64,000 nucleotides of DNA from positions 96,001 through 160,000 of the forward strand of contig CAVUWD010000016.1 in NCBI GenBank assembly GCA_963745025.1. Reading direction: 5' to 3'. This stretch comes from an uncultured delta proteobacterium (GTDB lineage: Bacteria; Desulfobacterota; Binatia; JACPRU01). How positions within the stretch are numbered: the stretch's first letter is position 1; the number at the start of each line of letters is the position of its first letter. The translations under genes were made by a program, and so were the position numbers. Positions 1 to 10,081 of the stretch are shown here, one piece after another. Below the pieces are notes generated by a model. That model saw only the letters and a program-made list of their open reading frames with translations, was not told where the DNA came from and did not search any database.

Positions 1-515
1 CCCTCGGCAGCGCGACGGTGCTGCTGATCCTGATCTTCAGCGTGGCGGGCTATCTGCTGCTCGAGCGCCGCTACGGTCTGGCGTCGCTGGTGCTGGTCTC
101 GACGTTCGGTGGCATGCTGATCAGCACCCTGCTCAAGGGCTTTTTCGGCCGCCCGCGGCCGACCGTCGTCCCCCACCTCGTACCTGTCAGCTCGCACAGC
201 TTTCCGAGCGGCCACTCGCTGCTCGCGGCCGTAGTCTATTTGACGCTCGGGGCTTTGCTCGCCCGCGATGCCAACGACCGCGTCACCAAGGTCTACTTGA
301 TCATGCTCTCGACGACGCTCACCGTGTTGATCGGCTTGTCTCGAATGTACGTCGGCGTCCACTATCCAACCGACGTCCTCGGCGGCTGGGTCGCCGGCAC
401 GTTCTGGGCGTTGTGCTGCGGCTTGAGCGCCCGCGAGCTGCAGCGCCGGCGCGTCATCGCGCCGATCGAGAAGCCCGACCCTCAACGGGTGACCCGCTCG
501 AGCTCGGCCACCTGA
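1..515 (+). CDS. PAP2-family membrane phosphatase (5' end probably outside window)
   Basis: KGFFGRPRP, SFPSGHS and SRMYVGVHYPTDVLGG are the three PAP2 motifs; hydrophobic helices. Confidence 0.9.
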   Translation, partial: LGSATVLLILIFSVAGYLLLERRYGLASLVLVSTFGGMLISTLLKGFFGRPRPTVVPHLVPVSSHSFPSGHSLLAAVVYLTLGALLARDANDRVTKVYLIMLSTTLTVLIGLSRMYVGVHYPTDVLGGWVAGTFWALCCGLSARELQRRRVIAPIEKPDPQRVTRSSSAT

Positions 516-2140
516 AGGGTGCCGCCGATCCACGCGAGCACGACCCGGGTGGGCGGGCTCCAGCGGTCTCCCGCGTCGTGGCTGGTCTCGATCTCGACCT
601 GCGTCTCGGCATCGCTCGCCGCCAGCGGCACGAGGGGCTCGCGCGTCACCGTCCACTCGCGGCCAGGCGTGCGGTAACGGTACTCCACGACCGAAGGGTC
701 GACGACGCCGCTCGGCACTACGAGGTCCTCGAATCGCAGCGACGATTCGCCGACGACGAGGTGGTCGATCGGATTGATCCGCAGCCAGTCGAAGTACTCG
801 CGTGCGATGCGCTGGCGGCGCTCGACGAGGATCGCGGTCAGCAGGTCCGCGACCCGCGGATCCGCCCACTCCCCCGTGTGCGCGATGATGCGGACGTCCT
901 GGTCGGTGAGCGAAGCGACGAGCTTCGCACCCCAGAACTTGTCGCGCAGCGTGGCGCGATCGAAAGCCGGATTGATGTAGGTCGGCTTCCAGCCCTCTGG
1001 ATCGAAGGTCGAGCTCTCGAAGTAGCCGAGCGCCGGATGCGTCAGCGGCAGCCGCGCCCAGTCCGGCGTGAGCTGCCACAGCGTGAGCGCCCGGAGCAGT
1101 ACCTTGGGTAGATCGAAGAAATACTCGTGACCGAGCTTTGGGTCCTTGTAGTCGACGTTTCCGGCGCCGAAGCCGCTCGAGAAGTCGAGCACGTAGTGAA
1201 CGATGTGCCCGCCCGAGCCGGGCTCGGTGGAATCCGCAACGAACGTGTCGAGAAAATTGCCCCGCCGGCCGTCGGTGAAGCTGATGAACGCGGCCACCGT
1301 ACGCAAGCCGCGTAGCTCCCGCCTGTCCTCGTGGCGAACCGTGTCGTTGGGGTCGTCGCGACGCACCCCGATGAGCGGCGGCGATCCCTTGGTCGTGCCC
1401 GGGATGAGTCGACTCGCGAGCACACGCATGCGTCCGTCGGGCAAGCGGTACGCCCGCGCGAGCAAGCGACGCAAGCCATCCTCGGTGAGCGGGGTCTTGC
1501 GCCCCCGCTCGTTCTTCGCGGTCGCATCCGAAGCGATCGTCAGCCGCTTTTCGTCGAGCGAGAATAGATAGTACTCGGGAACGTTCCAGCCGAGCGCCCA
1601 GATGATCTTGGAGCACACCAGCTCGGCGCCGGTCGCGAGGTCGGGGTAGTCCGGCGGATCGAACTTCACGACGTAGCGGTCGCCCTTCGCGTCACGCATC
1701 ACGAAGCCCGGCGTCATGCCGAGCGACTTGCCCGACAGCACCACGAGCGGCCCGGTTGCAGACGGCGGGTGCCCGGTGTTCGGCCCCTGCGCGAGCGCTT
1801 GCGCGCTCAGACGCCGGCGCGCGTGACGGTTGGTGAACCACGTGGAGTCCGGAACCTCGTCGAGGGCGTTGGTATTGGCGGCTTCTCTCGGGCCCACCAC
1901 GCGCGCGATCTCGCCGACAGTACGTACCAAGTGGCCGAGATCGAGCACCTTGCCGAGCGGGTAGAGCGCCATGTTGTGCACGCCGTCCCACCAGACGTAG
2001 TCGCCCTCGTGGTCCTCGGCGGGCTCGGCAATCGGTAGGTCGTCGTTATCCTTCCAGAGAACGGGCTCGCGGATCGGCACCGCGGCTGCCGAAGCTACGA
2101 GGATGAAAACGACGAGCGCCGATGTGGGGAGCCGCTTCAC
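482..2140 (-). CDS. Exported protein with atypical (PI3K/HipA/CotH-like) kinase-fold motifs
   Basis: GTG at 2140 overlaps the upstream TGA (GTGA). Signal-peptide-like MKRLPTSALVVFILVASAAA; motifs GMTPGF, YVVKFD (Lys), ATGAE (Glu), DGRRGN (catalytic-loop-like), LDFSSGFG (DFG-like). Confidence 0.7.
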   Translation of the reverse strand: MKRLPTSALVVFILVASAAAVPIREPVLWKDNDDLPIAEPAEDHEGDYVWWDGVHNMALYPLGKVLDLGHLVRTVGEIARVVGPREAANTNALDEVPDSTWFTNRHARRRLSAQALAQGPNTGHPPSATGPLVVLSGKSLGMTPGFVMRDAKGDRYVVKFDPPDYPDLATGAELVCSKIIWALGWNVPEYYLFSLDEKRLTIASDATAKNERGRKTPLTEDGLRRLLARAYRLPDGRMRVLASRLIPGTTKGSPPLIGVRRDDPNDTVRHEDRRELRGLRTVAAFISFTDGRRGNFLDTFVADSTEPGSGGHIVHYVLDFSSGFGAGNVDYKDPKLGHEYFFDLPKVLLRALTLWQLTPDWARLPLTHPALGYFESSTFDPEGWKPTYINPAFDRATLRDKFWGAKLVASLTDQDVRIIAHTGEWADPRVADLLTAILVERRQRIAREYFDWLRINPIDHLVVGESSLRFEDLVVPSGVVDPSVVEYRYRTPGREWTVTREPLVPLAASDAETQVEIETSHDAGDRWSPPTRVVLAWIGGTLQVAELERVTR

Positions 2141-2454
2141 GGCTCGGAACGCTCCCGGCGGACAGGCCAAAGGACGACGTCGGCGATGCGTTCATCCAGC
2201 CGGGCCGCTTCGGCCCAGATGAGCGCTTGCTTGAGCGGCCAGGCTGCAAGCAGCACGATCTGGTTGGGAAGCGCCAGCGCCGCGCGCCACAGCGGCCACT
2301 CCTCGCGGACGAGGCGGCGCTCGCGCACCTCGTTGGGCGGAAGCGGCGGAGCGGCCTGCGCCGCGGAAGCGAGCGCGCCGATCACGAGCAGCATACCGAG
2401 CCCCACCTGCGCGGTAGCGAATCGGCGACGCGTGCGTTCTAGAGCTCTAGCCAC
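2137..2454 (-). CDS. Small exported/membrane-associated helical protein
   Basis: 105 aa ORF packed between the Omp85 gene (5 nt gap) and the kinase-like gene (4 nt overlap); hydrophobic stretch ending AQA, then amphipathic WRAALALPNQIVLLAAWPLKQALIWAE. Confidence 0.65.
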   Translation of the reverse strand: MARALERTRRRFATAQVGLGMLLVIGALASAAQAAPPLPPNEVRERRLVREEWPLWRAALALPNQIVLLAAWPLKQALIWAEAARLDERIADVVLWPVRRERSEP

Positions 2455-2459
2455 GGCGA

Positions 2460-3887
2460 TCAGAAGGTGTGACCGAAGACCACGTAGACGAGGCCCTTCT
2501 CTTCGTCGCTGAACCCGACGTCGATCCGCGCTACCAGCGCCTCGCCGAGAGCGATGCGCGTGCCGCCGCCGTAGCTGTAGCGAAACTCGTTGTCGGTGCG
2601 CGGAATTGTGGCCGGTGGCTCGCCGAGCTCGCGCGCGATGTCCTCTTCGTCCATGAAGACCCGCCCAGCGTCACCGAATGCGACACCGTCGATCTGCACC
2701 TGCCAGATGCCGAAGAAGTTGAAGTCGAAGAGCTTCAGACGGTACTCGCCGTTGATCATCACGTTGCTGGTGCCAAGGAAGCGATCCTGGAAGAATCCGC
2801 GCAGGTCGCGCGAGCCGCCGAGTGAGGCGAGCTCGTAGAATGGCACCTGGCGCGCCTTGGCATCGATGTACTGCCCGCCGATGTGCAGTCCGATCACCTG
2901 ACGGCGCGTGAACAGCGGATAGAGATAGCTTCCCTCGAGGTTGTAGCGCGCGTACTCGAAGTCGTTCCCCAATCCGCGCGGGACCCACGTCGCCTTGGCG
3001 ATGATGCTCCAGCCGCGCGTCGGCCGTGCCAGCTCTTGACGGTCGTTGAAGAGCACGGCGAATGCCAGTGGACTCGACCGCCCGCCGGCGATGCCGGCCA
3101 TATCCGGAAACAGCGCCGGTGTGGAGGGAGTGGAGTCCTCGAGGTGGCCGTGACTGATTTGCACTTCGTTGTACGCGCCCGACGCGACCAAGGTGAAGCG
3201 GCGAGACAAGCGAAGAGCGAGCGCGAGGGTTCCGGTGATGCGTTGGTAGCGATTGGTCGACAGCTCGTCCGGCCCGACGTCGTTGTTGCCGAGACCGAAG
3301 AACTCCTTGGTCGGATCGGTGTAGTACTCGCCTTCAGCGAGCAGCATCAGCCAGTCAGTGCCGAGCGACGGCGAGATCAGGACTGTGTCGAGATGGTACT
3401 GACCCTTTAGGGCGGCGCTTGCGGCGAAGTCGAGCGTCAAGTGAAGCGACGTCATGTCGCGGTTCGTGAACTTGACGCCACCATTCGGGCCCTTTTCCGG
3501 GCTGTAGCCGACCTCGGGAAGAACCGCCCAGTGCCGCGCTGTCGCCGTCTCGCCTCCAGGTTTGGGCGGGGGCTGGGTCTGTTGACCGCCGCCTGCCGGC
3601 TCGCTCGGCGTCTCACCTCCAGGTTGGGGGGGCGGCTGTTTCTCGTCCCCGCGGCCCGCCGGCTCGCTTGTCCCCTCACCTCCTTGCGGTTTCTCTGCTG
3701 TCGCTTCCGCTTCCTTTGCACGCTCCGACTGGATGACCTCGAGGATGCTTCGCTCGCTCGCGATCGGATCCTGCTCGGCCCAGACCGTCATCGCACCGGG
3801 CGCGACCAGCCACGACACGGACAATGCGGCAAAACCGGCTACTGGTGACCGACCCACGCCTCCTCTCCCGTAGCTACGAATTCTCAC
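2460..3887 (-). CDS. Omp85 (BamA/TamA-family) outer-membrane beta-barrel protein, no clear POTRA domains
   Basis: LGGSRDLRGFFQDRF (VRGY/F-type motif), EYR, FGDAGRVF, C-terminal aromatic VYVVFGHTF; Pro/Gly-rich N-terminal linker; start uncertain. Confidence 0.85.
   Translation of the reverse strand: MRIRSYGRGGVGRSPVAGFAALSVSWLVAPGAMTVWAEQDPIASERSILEVIQSERAKEAEATAEKPQGGEGTSEPAGRGDEKQPPPQPGGETPSEPAGGGQQTQPPPKPGGETATARHWAVLPEVGYSPEKGPNGGVKFTNRDMTSLHLTLDFAASAALKGQYHLDTVLISPSLGTDWLMLLAEGEYYTDPTKEFFGLGNNDVGPDELSTNRYQRITGTLALALRLSRRFTLVASGAYNEVQISHGHLEDSTPSTPALFPDMAGIAGGRSSPLAFAVLFNDRQELARPTRGWSIIAKATWVPRGLGNDFEYARYNLEGSYLYPLFTRRQVIGLHIGGQYIDAKARQVPFYELASLGGSRDLRGFFQDRFLGTSNVMINGEYRLKLFDFNFFGIWQVQIDGVAFGDAGRVFMDEEDIARELGEPPATIPRTDNEFRYSYGGGTRIALGEALVARIDVGFSDEEKGLVYVVFGHTF
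3546..3684. repeat. About 2 copies of a 63-bp imperfect tandem repeat (21-aa GGETPSEPAG..QPPPxP unit) in the Omp85 linker
   Basis: cctccagg at 3553 and 3616; gccggctcgct at 3595 and 3658. Confidence 0.8.
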
Positions 3888-4049
3888 TACGCACCTCCGT
3901 CACCCTCACATCCGAGCTCTGTCGACGAAGACGATTCGCCCGGCGCGTGTTCACCGATTGGAAGTCCTATAGTAACAACCGTAGGCACGCCTAGGTTTCG
4001 CTGATCTCTGGGCGAGCAACTCGAACGAGGCTTTGGGGGTTGAGAGCTG

Positions 4050-5501
4050 ATGGCTAGGCAATCTCAGTGGCCACCTGCGGCTTCCACCCGTAGGCTGGAG
4101 GAGCTGCTCTACTCTCCCGCCGATCGGCTGTTGGCGATCTTCAGCGACATCCAGCCGGGTGAGGGCATCGTCGGCTTCGCGATGCTCGGGGCCGTGTTCC
4201 TGCTGCTCACCTCCGTGTATTTCCTGAAACCCGCGCGTGATGGTTTGTTGGCCATCTCGGGTGTGCCGGGCCTGTCCGACATGGAGCTCAAGGCGTACTC
4301 GAGCTTCGGACAGAGCCTTCTCCTGCTCGGTATCGTCCCGCTCTACTCACGCTTCGCAACGGCGCTCGATCGGCGCTCGCTCGCGCGCGGCCTCACGCTG
4401 TTCTTCGTGTCTAACCTCATAGTGTTCTGGCTCCTCCAGCCCGGTTTGGTCGTCGACCACGCGCCGTTTCTCGGCATCGTCTTCTATCTCTGGTTCGGCG
4501 TCTTCAACCTACTCGCCCTCGTGCAGTTCTGGTCGTTCGCAGCCGACTTCTACAGCGAGGAGGGGGGACGGCGGCTATTTCCGGCGATCGCCGTCGGTGC
4601 GACCGCCGGCTCGGCGGCCGGAGCCTGGCTCGCCAAGATGTTGGTCCGCTCGGGCATCTTCTCGACGTACGCGCTGCTTCTCGCCGCCGCCCTGGCGCTG
4701 ATCGGCTCGCTGGCGCTGCTGATGTTCGCCGAGTCGCGCGGCGGGGTGACGAGCGAAACGCCTGCCGCTGCGGCTTTAGAAGCAGTCGAGAGACGTGGCG
4801 CATTTCGCCTGGTGCTGTCGCACCGTTACCTGCTCGCCACGGCCGTCGTCATCCTGATTGCCAACTGGGTGAAGACCAACAGCGACAACCTGCTGTTCGC
4901 GATCGTGCAGGAAGTCGTCGGCCAGGAAGCTAGCGCCCGCGGCCTGTCTGGCTCGGCCGCGCTCGACCGCTTCACGGCCGACCAGACCACGACCTTCTAC
5001 GGTGACCTGTTCTTCTGGGTGAACGTGGCGGCGCTGTTGGTGCAGTCGCTGTTCGCGTCGAGGATCCTGAAGTATGGCGGCTTCGGGGCGCTATTCCTCG
5101 TCCTGCCGACGATCTCGATGATCGCCTACCCACTGCTCGTCGTGGCGCCGGTTCTGGCGCTTTTCCGCATCACCAAGGTCATCGAGGACGCGACCAACTA
5201 CTCGTTGCACAACACCGCCACCCAGGTGCTGTGGCTGCCGACCACGCGGGAGATGAAATACAAGGGCAAGGCCGCAATCGACACCTTCTTCGTACGCCTC
5301 GGCGACGCGCTCGCCGCGCTCACGACGTTCGTTGGCATCCAGCTGCTAACGGTGCCCGCGAAGGAGTTCTTTACGCTGAACACGGTGCTGGCGTTTGCCT
5401 GGCTCGCGGCGGCGCTCGTCGTCGTGCGCGAGCACGACGTGCTCGTCGCCGCCTCGGGGGCGAGCGAGAGGAGCGCCGCAACTTCGGGTGCAATCGCGTG
5501 A
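4050..5501 (+). CDS. NTT/TLC-like nucleotide (ATP/ADP) exchange transporter, MFS fold, paralog 1
   Basis: YFLKPARDGLL, FYLWFGVFN..QFWSFAADFYSEEGGRRLFPAIAVG, KYKGKAAIDTFFVRLGD; about 12 TM segments. Confidence 0.8.
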   Translation: MARQSQWPPAASTRRLEELLYSPADRLLAIFSDIQPGEGIVGFAMLGAVFLLLTSVYFLKPARDGLLAISGVPGLSDMELKAYSSFGQSLLLLGIVPLYSRFATALDRRSLARGLTLFFVSNLIVFWLLQPGLVVDHAPFLGIVFYLWFGVFNLLALVQFWSFAADFYSEEGGRRLFPAIAVGATAGSAAGAWLAKMLVRSGIFSTYALLLAAALALIGSLALLMFAESRGGVTSETPAAAALEAVERRGAFRLVLSHRYLLATAVVILIANWVKTNSDNLLFAIVQEVVGQEASARGLSGSAALDRFTADQTTTFYGDLFFWVNVAALLVQSLFASRILKYGGFGALFLVLPTISMIAYPLLVVAPVLALFRITKVIEDATNYSLHNTATQVLWLPTTREMKYKGKAAIDTFFVRLGDALAALTTFVGIQLLTVPAKEFFTLNTVLAFAWLAAALVVVREHDVLVAASGASERSAATSGAIA

Positions 5502-5570
5502 TTACACCAAGGACCCGCAGACAGAATCGGCCGGGGCTCGCTCTTTGCTCCGAGACATGGACGGCTCGAC

Positions 5571-6986
5571 GTGAGTTCTCATGGGGCTAAGCAGACGCGG
5601 ACAAGAAGTCGCTTGTCCGTGCTCGAGCGCACGCTGAGTGTCTTCACCGAGATCCATCCTGGTGAAGGACCGACCGGCATATACATGCTGATCGGCGTGT
5701 TTTTTGTCCTGGCCGCCTATTACTTCGTCAAGCCGGCGCGCGACGGCCTGCTCGCCATCTCACCGGCCGGCGGGCTGTCCGATACCGAGCTCAAGGCCTA
5801 CTCGAGCTTGGCGCAGAGCGTATGTCTGATCGGCGCGCTGCCGCTCTACGATCGGATCTCGAAGCGGCTGCCGCGGCGCTCTCTCCTGACCGTCGTCACG
5901 CTGTTCTTTGCGGCGAATCTGCTGGTGTTCTGGGCGCTGCAGCCCGGGCTCGTGTTCACCAACGTCACCTACGCGGGGCTCGTCTTCTATCTCTGGGTCG
6001 GCATCTTCAACGTCTTCATCGTCGCTCAGTTCTGGTCCTTCGCCGCCGATCTCTACAGCGAGGAAAGCGGCAAGCGGCTGTTTCCGCTGATCGCCATCGG
6101 TGCCACCGCGGGGGCGGCGAGCGGCGCGTGGATGGCGAAGCGCCTGGTCGGGTCCGTGGGCACCTACGGGTTGCTGCTGGTGGCGGCAGCCGTGCTGGCG
6201 CTCTCGCTGATCGCCATTCGCATGGCGGACTCGCTCGGTGCCGAAGGCCCCCGACCGAGCGAACCAGAAGCTGCGCCCGCACAGCCGCGTGACCCCTCGG
6301 GGGGGCTCCGCCTGGTCTTCCGCCACAAGTACCTCATCGCCACCGCCTTCCTCGTGCTCGTGCTCAACTGGGTGAACACCAACGGCGAGAATTTCCTGTT
6401 CGGCGCGGTCGAGAAGCACATCCACGCCGAGGCCGTGGCGCGCGGCATTCCACAGGGCGAACCGACCGAAACCTTCATTCGTGACCAGACGACTCGCTTC
6501 TACGGCGACATGTTCTTCTGGGTGAACGTGACAGCGCTGTTCCTGCAGACGCTGGTGGCCTCGCGGCTGATCCGCTACGGCGGCTTCGGCGCCATCCTGC
6601 TGGCATTGCCAGCGATCTCGCTCACCGCCTACGTCGTCATGGCGCTGCATCCGACGCTCGGCACGATCCGGCGCATGAAGATCGCCGAGAATGTCACCGA
6701 CTACTCGATCAACAATACGGCCAAGCAAGTGCTCTGGCTGCCGACGACCTTGGACATGAAGTACCGCGCCAAGGCGACCATCGACACGCTGTTCGTCCGG
6801 GCAGGAGACGCGCTGGCCGCTGTCACCGCCTTCGTCGGCGTGAAGCTGCTCGAAGCGCCGCCGCGTGCGCTCTTCGGCTTCAACGCTGTGCTGGTTCTCG
6901 CCTGGCTCGCGCTCGCCGTGGTCATCGTCGCTGAGCACGAGCGTCTGTCGAGCCGTCCGCGCTCGTGCCGCAAGGCTGCCGCGTGA
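5571..6986 (+). CDS. NTT/TLC-like nucleotide exchange transporter, paralog 2
   Basis: YYFVKPARDGLL, QFWSFAADLYSEESGKRLFPLIAIG, DYSINNT..KYRAKATIDTLFVRAGD; collinear with paralog 1. Confidence 0.8.
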   Translation: MSSHGAKQTRTRSRLSVLERTLSVFTEIHPGEGPTGIYMLIGVFFVLAAYYFVKPARDGLLAISPAGGLSDTELKAYSSLAQSVCLIGALPLYDRISKRLPRRSLLTVVTLFFAANLLVFWALQPGLVFTNVTYAGLVFYLWVGIFNVFIVAQFWSFAADLYSEESGKRLFPLIAIGATAGAASGAWMAKRLVGSVGTYGLLLVAAAVLALSLIAIRMADSLGAEGPRPSEPEAAPAQPRDPSGGLRLVFRHKYLIATAFLVLVLNWVNTNGENFLFGAVEKHIHAEAVARGIPQGEPTETFIRDQTTRFYGDMFFWVNVTALFLQTLVASRLIRYGGFGAILLALPAISLTAYVVMALHPTLGTIRRMKIAENVTDYSINNTAKQVLWLPTTLDMKYRAKATIDTLFVRAGDALAAVTAFVGVKLLEAPPRALFGFNAVLVLAWLALAVVIVAEHERLSSRPRSCRKAAA

Positions 6987-8089
6987 CCCGCGTGCGCCTG
7001 CGAGGCCTCACGCTCGTGTCGGTCGTGTTGCTCGCGCTCGTCACGAGGCTCGGCCACGCCGCCGGCTGGGTATCGGACGCGTGGATCACCGTGAAGACCA
7101 AGATCGGGCTCGTCACCACAGAGGAGCTGGCAAGCTCGGAGATCTCCGTCGACACGGTCGACGGACGGGTCACGCTCTGCGGCAAGGTGCCCGGGTCAAC
7201 GCAAAAGCAGAAGGCGGAGGAGGTCGCCAAACTGGTCTCAGGTGTACGCGACGTGCGCAACCTCCTGCAGATCGTGCCGCCCGAGCACGCCGAAGTCGCG
7301 AAGGAGACCGACACCAAGATCCAGCACGACGCCCAGGAAGCGCTCGCCAAAGACCTGGAGCTCGCCGGGTCGGGCATTCGGGTCGCTTCGGTGGCGGCGG
7401 GCGTGCTCGTGCTCGGCGGCACCGCGCGCAGCTCCGTAGAGCTTCTGCGCGCGCTCGACGCCGTCCGGCACGTCCGCGGCGTGCACCGCGTCCAGAGCGC
7501 GGTCGAGATCGCCGCTGGCGATCCGGAGGTCGACATCTGGAGCGGCCACGAGCTTCGCCAGGACGGGCGCGGCGCGCTCGACGCCGCTTCCGATCTCTGG
7601 TTGACGGCCAACACGCGCCTGCGGCTGCTCGCCGACCCCAAGCTTCGCGGCCTCGACATCAGCGTCGACAGCGGGGGTCAAACGGTCACGCTTTTCGGCA
7701 TCGTTCCCTCCACCGCAGCGAAGCGTGCGGCCGAGCAGGACGCGCGGCAAGTGTCCGGCGTGCGCGCGGTGCGTAACGAGCTGCAGGTTGTGCCGGCCTC
7801 GAAGCAGCAGATCGTACGCGCGCGTGACAACGACCTCGAGCAGAAGGTGACGGCGGCGATCTATCGGCGCCCGGAACTGAAGCACGCGGCGATCGGTGTG
7901 GCGGTGCGCAACGGGGTCGTGCGGCTGTCGGGTACGGCGCCGAGCCAACAGCATCGCCTGTTCGCGGCGACCGCGGCGCATGCGGTACCGGGCGTGCGAG
8001 CCGTCGAAGAGAACATCAAGGTGACGACCGTAATTCAGGGAAAGGCCTCTTCGGCCTCGGCGGCACATCCGGCGCCGCCCGAGCACTAG
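6983..8089 (+). CDS. Periplasmic multi-BON domain (OsmY-like) protein, 4 BON repeats
   Basis: Signal peptide; repeated D.WIT.K.K / VDT.DG.VTL.G / VSGVR.VRN.L; GTG overlaps the upstream TGA. Confidence 0.9.
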   Translation: MTRVRLRGLTLVSVVLLALVTRLGHAAGWVSDAWITVKTKIGLVTTEELASSEISVDTVDGRVTLCGKVPGSTQKQKAEEVAKLVSGVRDVRNLLQIVPPEHAEVAKETDTKIQHDAQEALAKDLELAGSGIRVASVAAGVLVLGGTARSSVELLRALDAVRHVRGVHRVQSAVEIAAGDPEVDIWSGHELRQDGRGALDAASDLWLTANTRLRLLADPKLRGLDISVDSGGQTVTLFGIVPSTAAKRAAEQDARQVSGVRAVRNELQVVPASKQQIVRARDNDLEQKVTAAIYRRPELKHAAIGVAVRNGVVRLSGTAPSQQHRLFAATAAHAVPGVRAVEENIKVTTVIQGKASSASAAHPAPPEH

Positions 8090-8271
8090 GGGCCCGCAAC
8101 AGCCACGTCGATGTCGACGCGGAGCCTTCGAAGACAGATATTTTAGAGCCGGCTTCACGCTCCGATTTTATCGGCGCGACCGATCTCGTCTCGAAATGTT
8201 TATATCCATACGTCCGAACGCCACGCGGACGACGCTACTCGTTGCCGGTTTGACCGGCGCACGGAGGACTC

Positions 8272-8436
8272 ATGCTACACTACGCCGTCGTCTTCTTCGT
8301 CATCGCCATCATCGCCGCCGTGCTCGGTTTTGGCGGCGTGGCCGGACTCTCCGCGGAGATCGGGTACACCTTTGCAGTGCTTGCCGTAGTGTTACTCGTC
8401 GTCGCACTTCTGTCCGGCCGGGCGCCGACGCCGTGA
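8272..8436 (+). CDS. DUF1328 (YtjA-like) small membrane protein, 54 aa, absent from ORF track
   Basis: MLHYAVVFFVIAIIAAVLGFGGVAGLSAEIG...; GGAGG RBS upstream. Confidence 0.9.
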   Translation: MLHYAVVFFVIAIIAAVLGFGGVAGLSAEIGYTFAVLAVVLLVVALLSGRAPTP

Positions 8437-8762
8437 ATGTCCCAGCGCCCGAGCCAACCTCGAAAACTCCCCTCGGGGAGGCTCGGGCGCCCTCCCGCGG
8501 CGACGCCCTTCGTGGGGCGTCGCGAACAAGTCCCGTACAGTGTCGCGAGCGAGGCGATGGCAGCAACGATACCTACGCAGCGAGGCACTCGATCGTCGCC
8601 CCGAGTGCTCGCCAGAACCAGCTTGGGCGCGGTGCGACCACCTCGCGGATGGAGGTTTTAATCGGCCAGTGCTGATCTCCAACCCAGGCCTTCGTCCCGC
8701 ATCCTCGCGACGGACGGATCACTCACGACGGCCCGGCGGGATCGCGAAAGGAGTTACGGACG

Positions 8763-8948
8763 ATGAAGGTCACGAAGTCTCTTCCGTTGGTGCTCTCCGG
8801 AGCGCTTCTCGTCTTCGCACTCGGCTGCGAGAAGAAGGAAGGTCCGGCCGAACAGGCGGGCAAGCAGATCGACAAAGGACTGGGACAGATCGGGGACCAA
8901 ATGAAGGATGCCGGCGAGAAGGTGAAGAACAAGGCCGAAGGATACTGA
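8763..8948 (+). CDS. Small lipoprotein (general-stress type)
   Basis: Lipobox ALGC then EKKEGPAEQAGKQID; AGGAG upstream. Confidence 0.85.
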   Translation: MKVTKSLPLVLSGALLVFALGCEKKEGPAEQAGKQIDKGLGQIGDQMKDAGEKVKNKAEGY

Positions 8949-9106
8949 TCGTTACGCCGGATCGGATCGGTGCCGTTTTCCGTGGAGATCGATCGCGGAG
9001 CTCGACGCGTTCGAGCCCGAGTCCTTCACCTTCTCGTACTCGACTGTTCAGAGGTGATCGCTCTGGCGATCACACCCGCTGCGCCGCCCATGGCGGCTCT
9101 CACTGG

Positions 9107-9915
9107 TCAAACCGTCGCAAAGACCCGATAGATCGCCGCCTCATAGGGCTGGAGCTCGAGCGATCGGGTGATGCCACCCGCTTTCCCTCGCCCGCCGAAC
9201 TCCGTCGCCGCCGTCGAAAGCAGCAGGCTCCACCCTCCCTGAGGAACGGGGGTGACGTCGGGGGCGGTCTTGTCCCTTGATACGTTGAACAGCGTGAGCA
9301 ACTCGCGGCCGGGCCGACCGTAGTGTCGAACCGCGATCCAGCCTTCGGGCGAATGCTCTGCCGAGGGCGAGTACTCGACTTGGACTTCCGCGGAATCGGG
9401 GTGAAGCGCCGGCTCCGCACGACGGAGCCCGAGAAGGCTCCGGTAGAGGTGCAGCATCTCCCGATGCGGCGAGCGATCGCCAGTCGATACGCGATCGCAG
9501 AAAAGTCTCACGGCGAGACCGGTCTCGTGTGCGGCATCGACGAGCCGTTTGAGGCCAAGCGGTCCGCCGTAGTTGCTGTGCGGCGCGTACGGATGGACGC
9601 CGTCGTAGCCCCAGTTCCGCCGACCCGGAAACTCGGCGACGGGCATAATCTCGATCGCGCTCACGCCGAGGTCTCGGAGCGCGGGCAGATGCTTGACGAC
9701 GCCGTCGAAGCTGCCAGAGATCGTGAAGGTGCCGACGTGGAGCTCGTAGATCACCAGATCGGACATCGCGATGCCGGGCCAGCGCTGGTCGGACCAGGCG
9801 AAGTCACCCGGCGCCACGATGCGTGACGGGTTATGCACGCCGTACGGCTGAAAGCGGCTTACGGGGTCTGGCCGATTGCGCGAGCCATCGAGGCGGTAAG
9901 AGTAGTGTCTCCGAC
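9107..9915 (-). pseudogene. treZ: Malto-oligosyltrehalose trehalohydrolase remnant (5'-truncated, large internal deletion)
   Basis: PDPVSRFQPYGVH, IYELHVGTFT, RNWGYDGV..AAHETGLAV joined near 9510 directly to C-terminal LYRSLLGLRRAEPAL; the GH13 catalytic core is missing. Confidence 0.85.
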
Positions 9916-10081
9916 CCGCTCGCGGAGTGAAACCGCAGTGCAGAAAAGCTACGACGAGACTTCTCGCACGTACGTTGAAACGAGGTGAACCAAATCGGGT
10001 TTCGCTGTCTCGAGGCTCACGCTGTAAGAACGAATGAGCGCCTCGCCCCGGAGGGCGCGAGGCGCCAACCAAGGCCATCGG

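Noticed and set aside
8446-8525. ncRNA from paired hairpins after DUF1328
   Set aside because: GC-rich stems fit a terminator or chance pairing; no recognisable family
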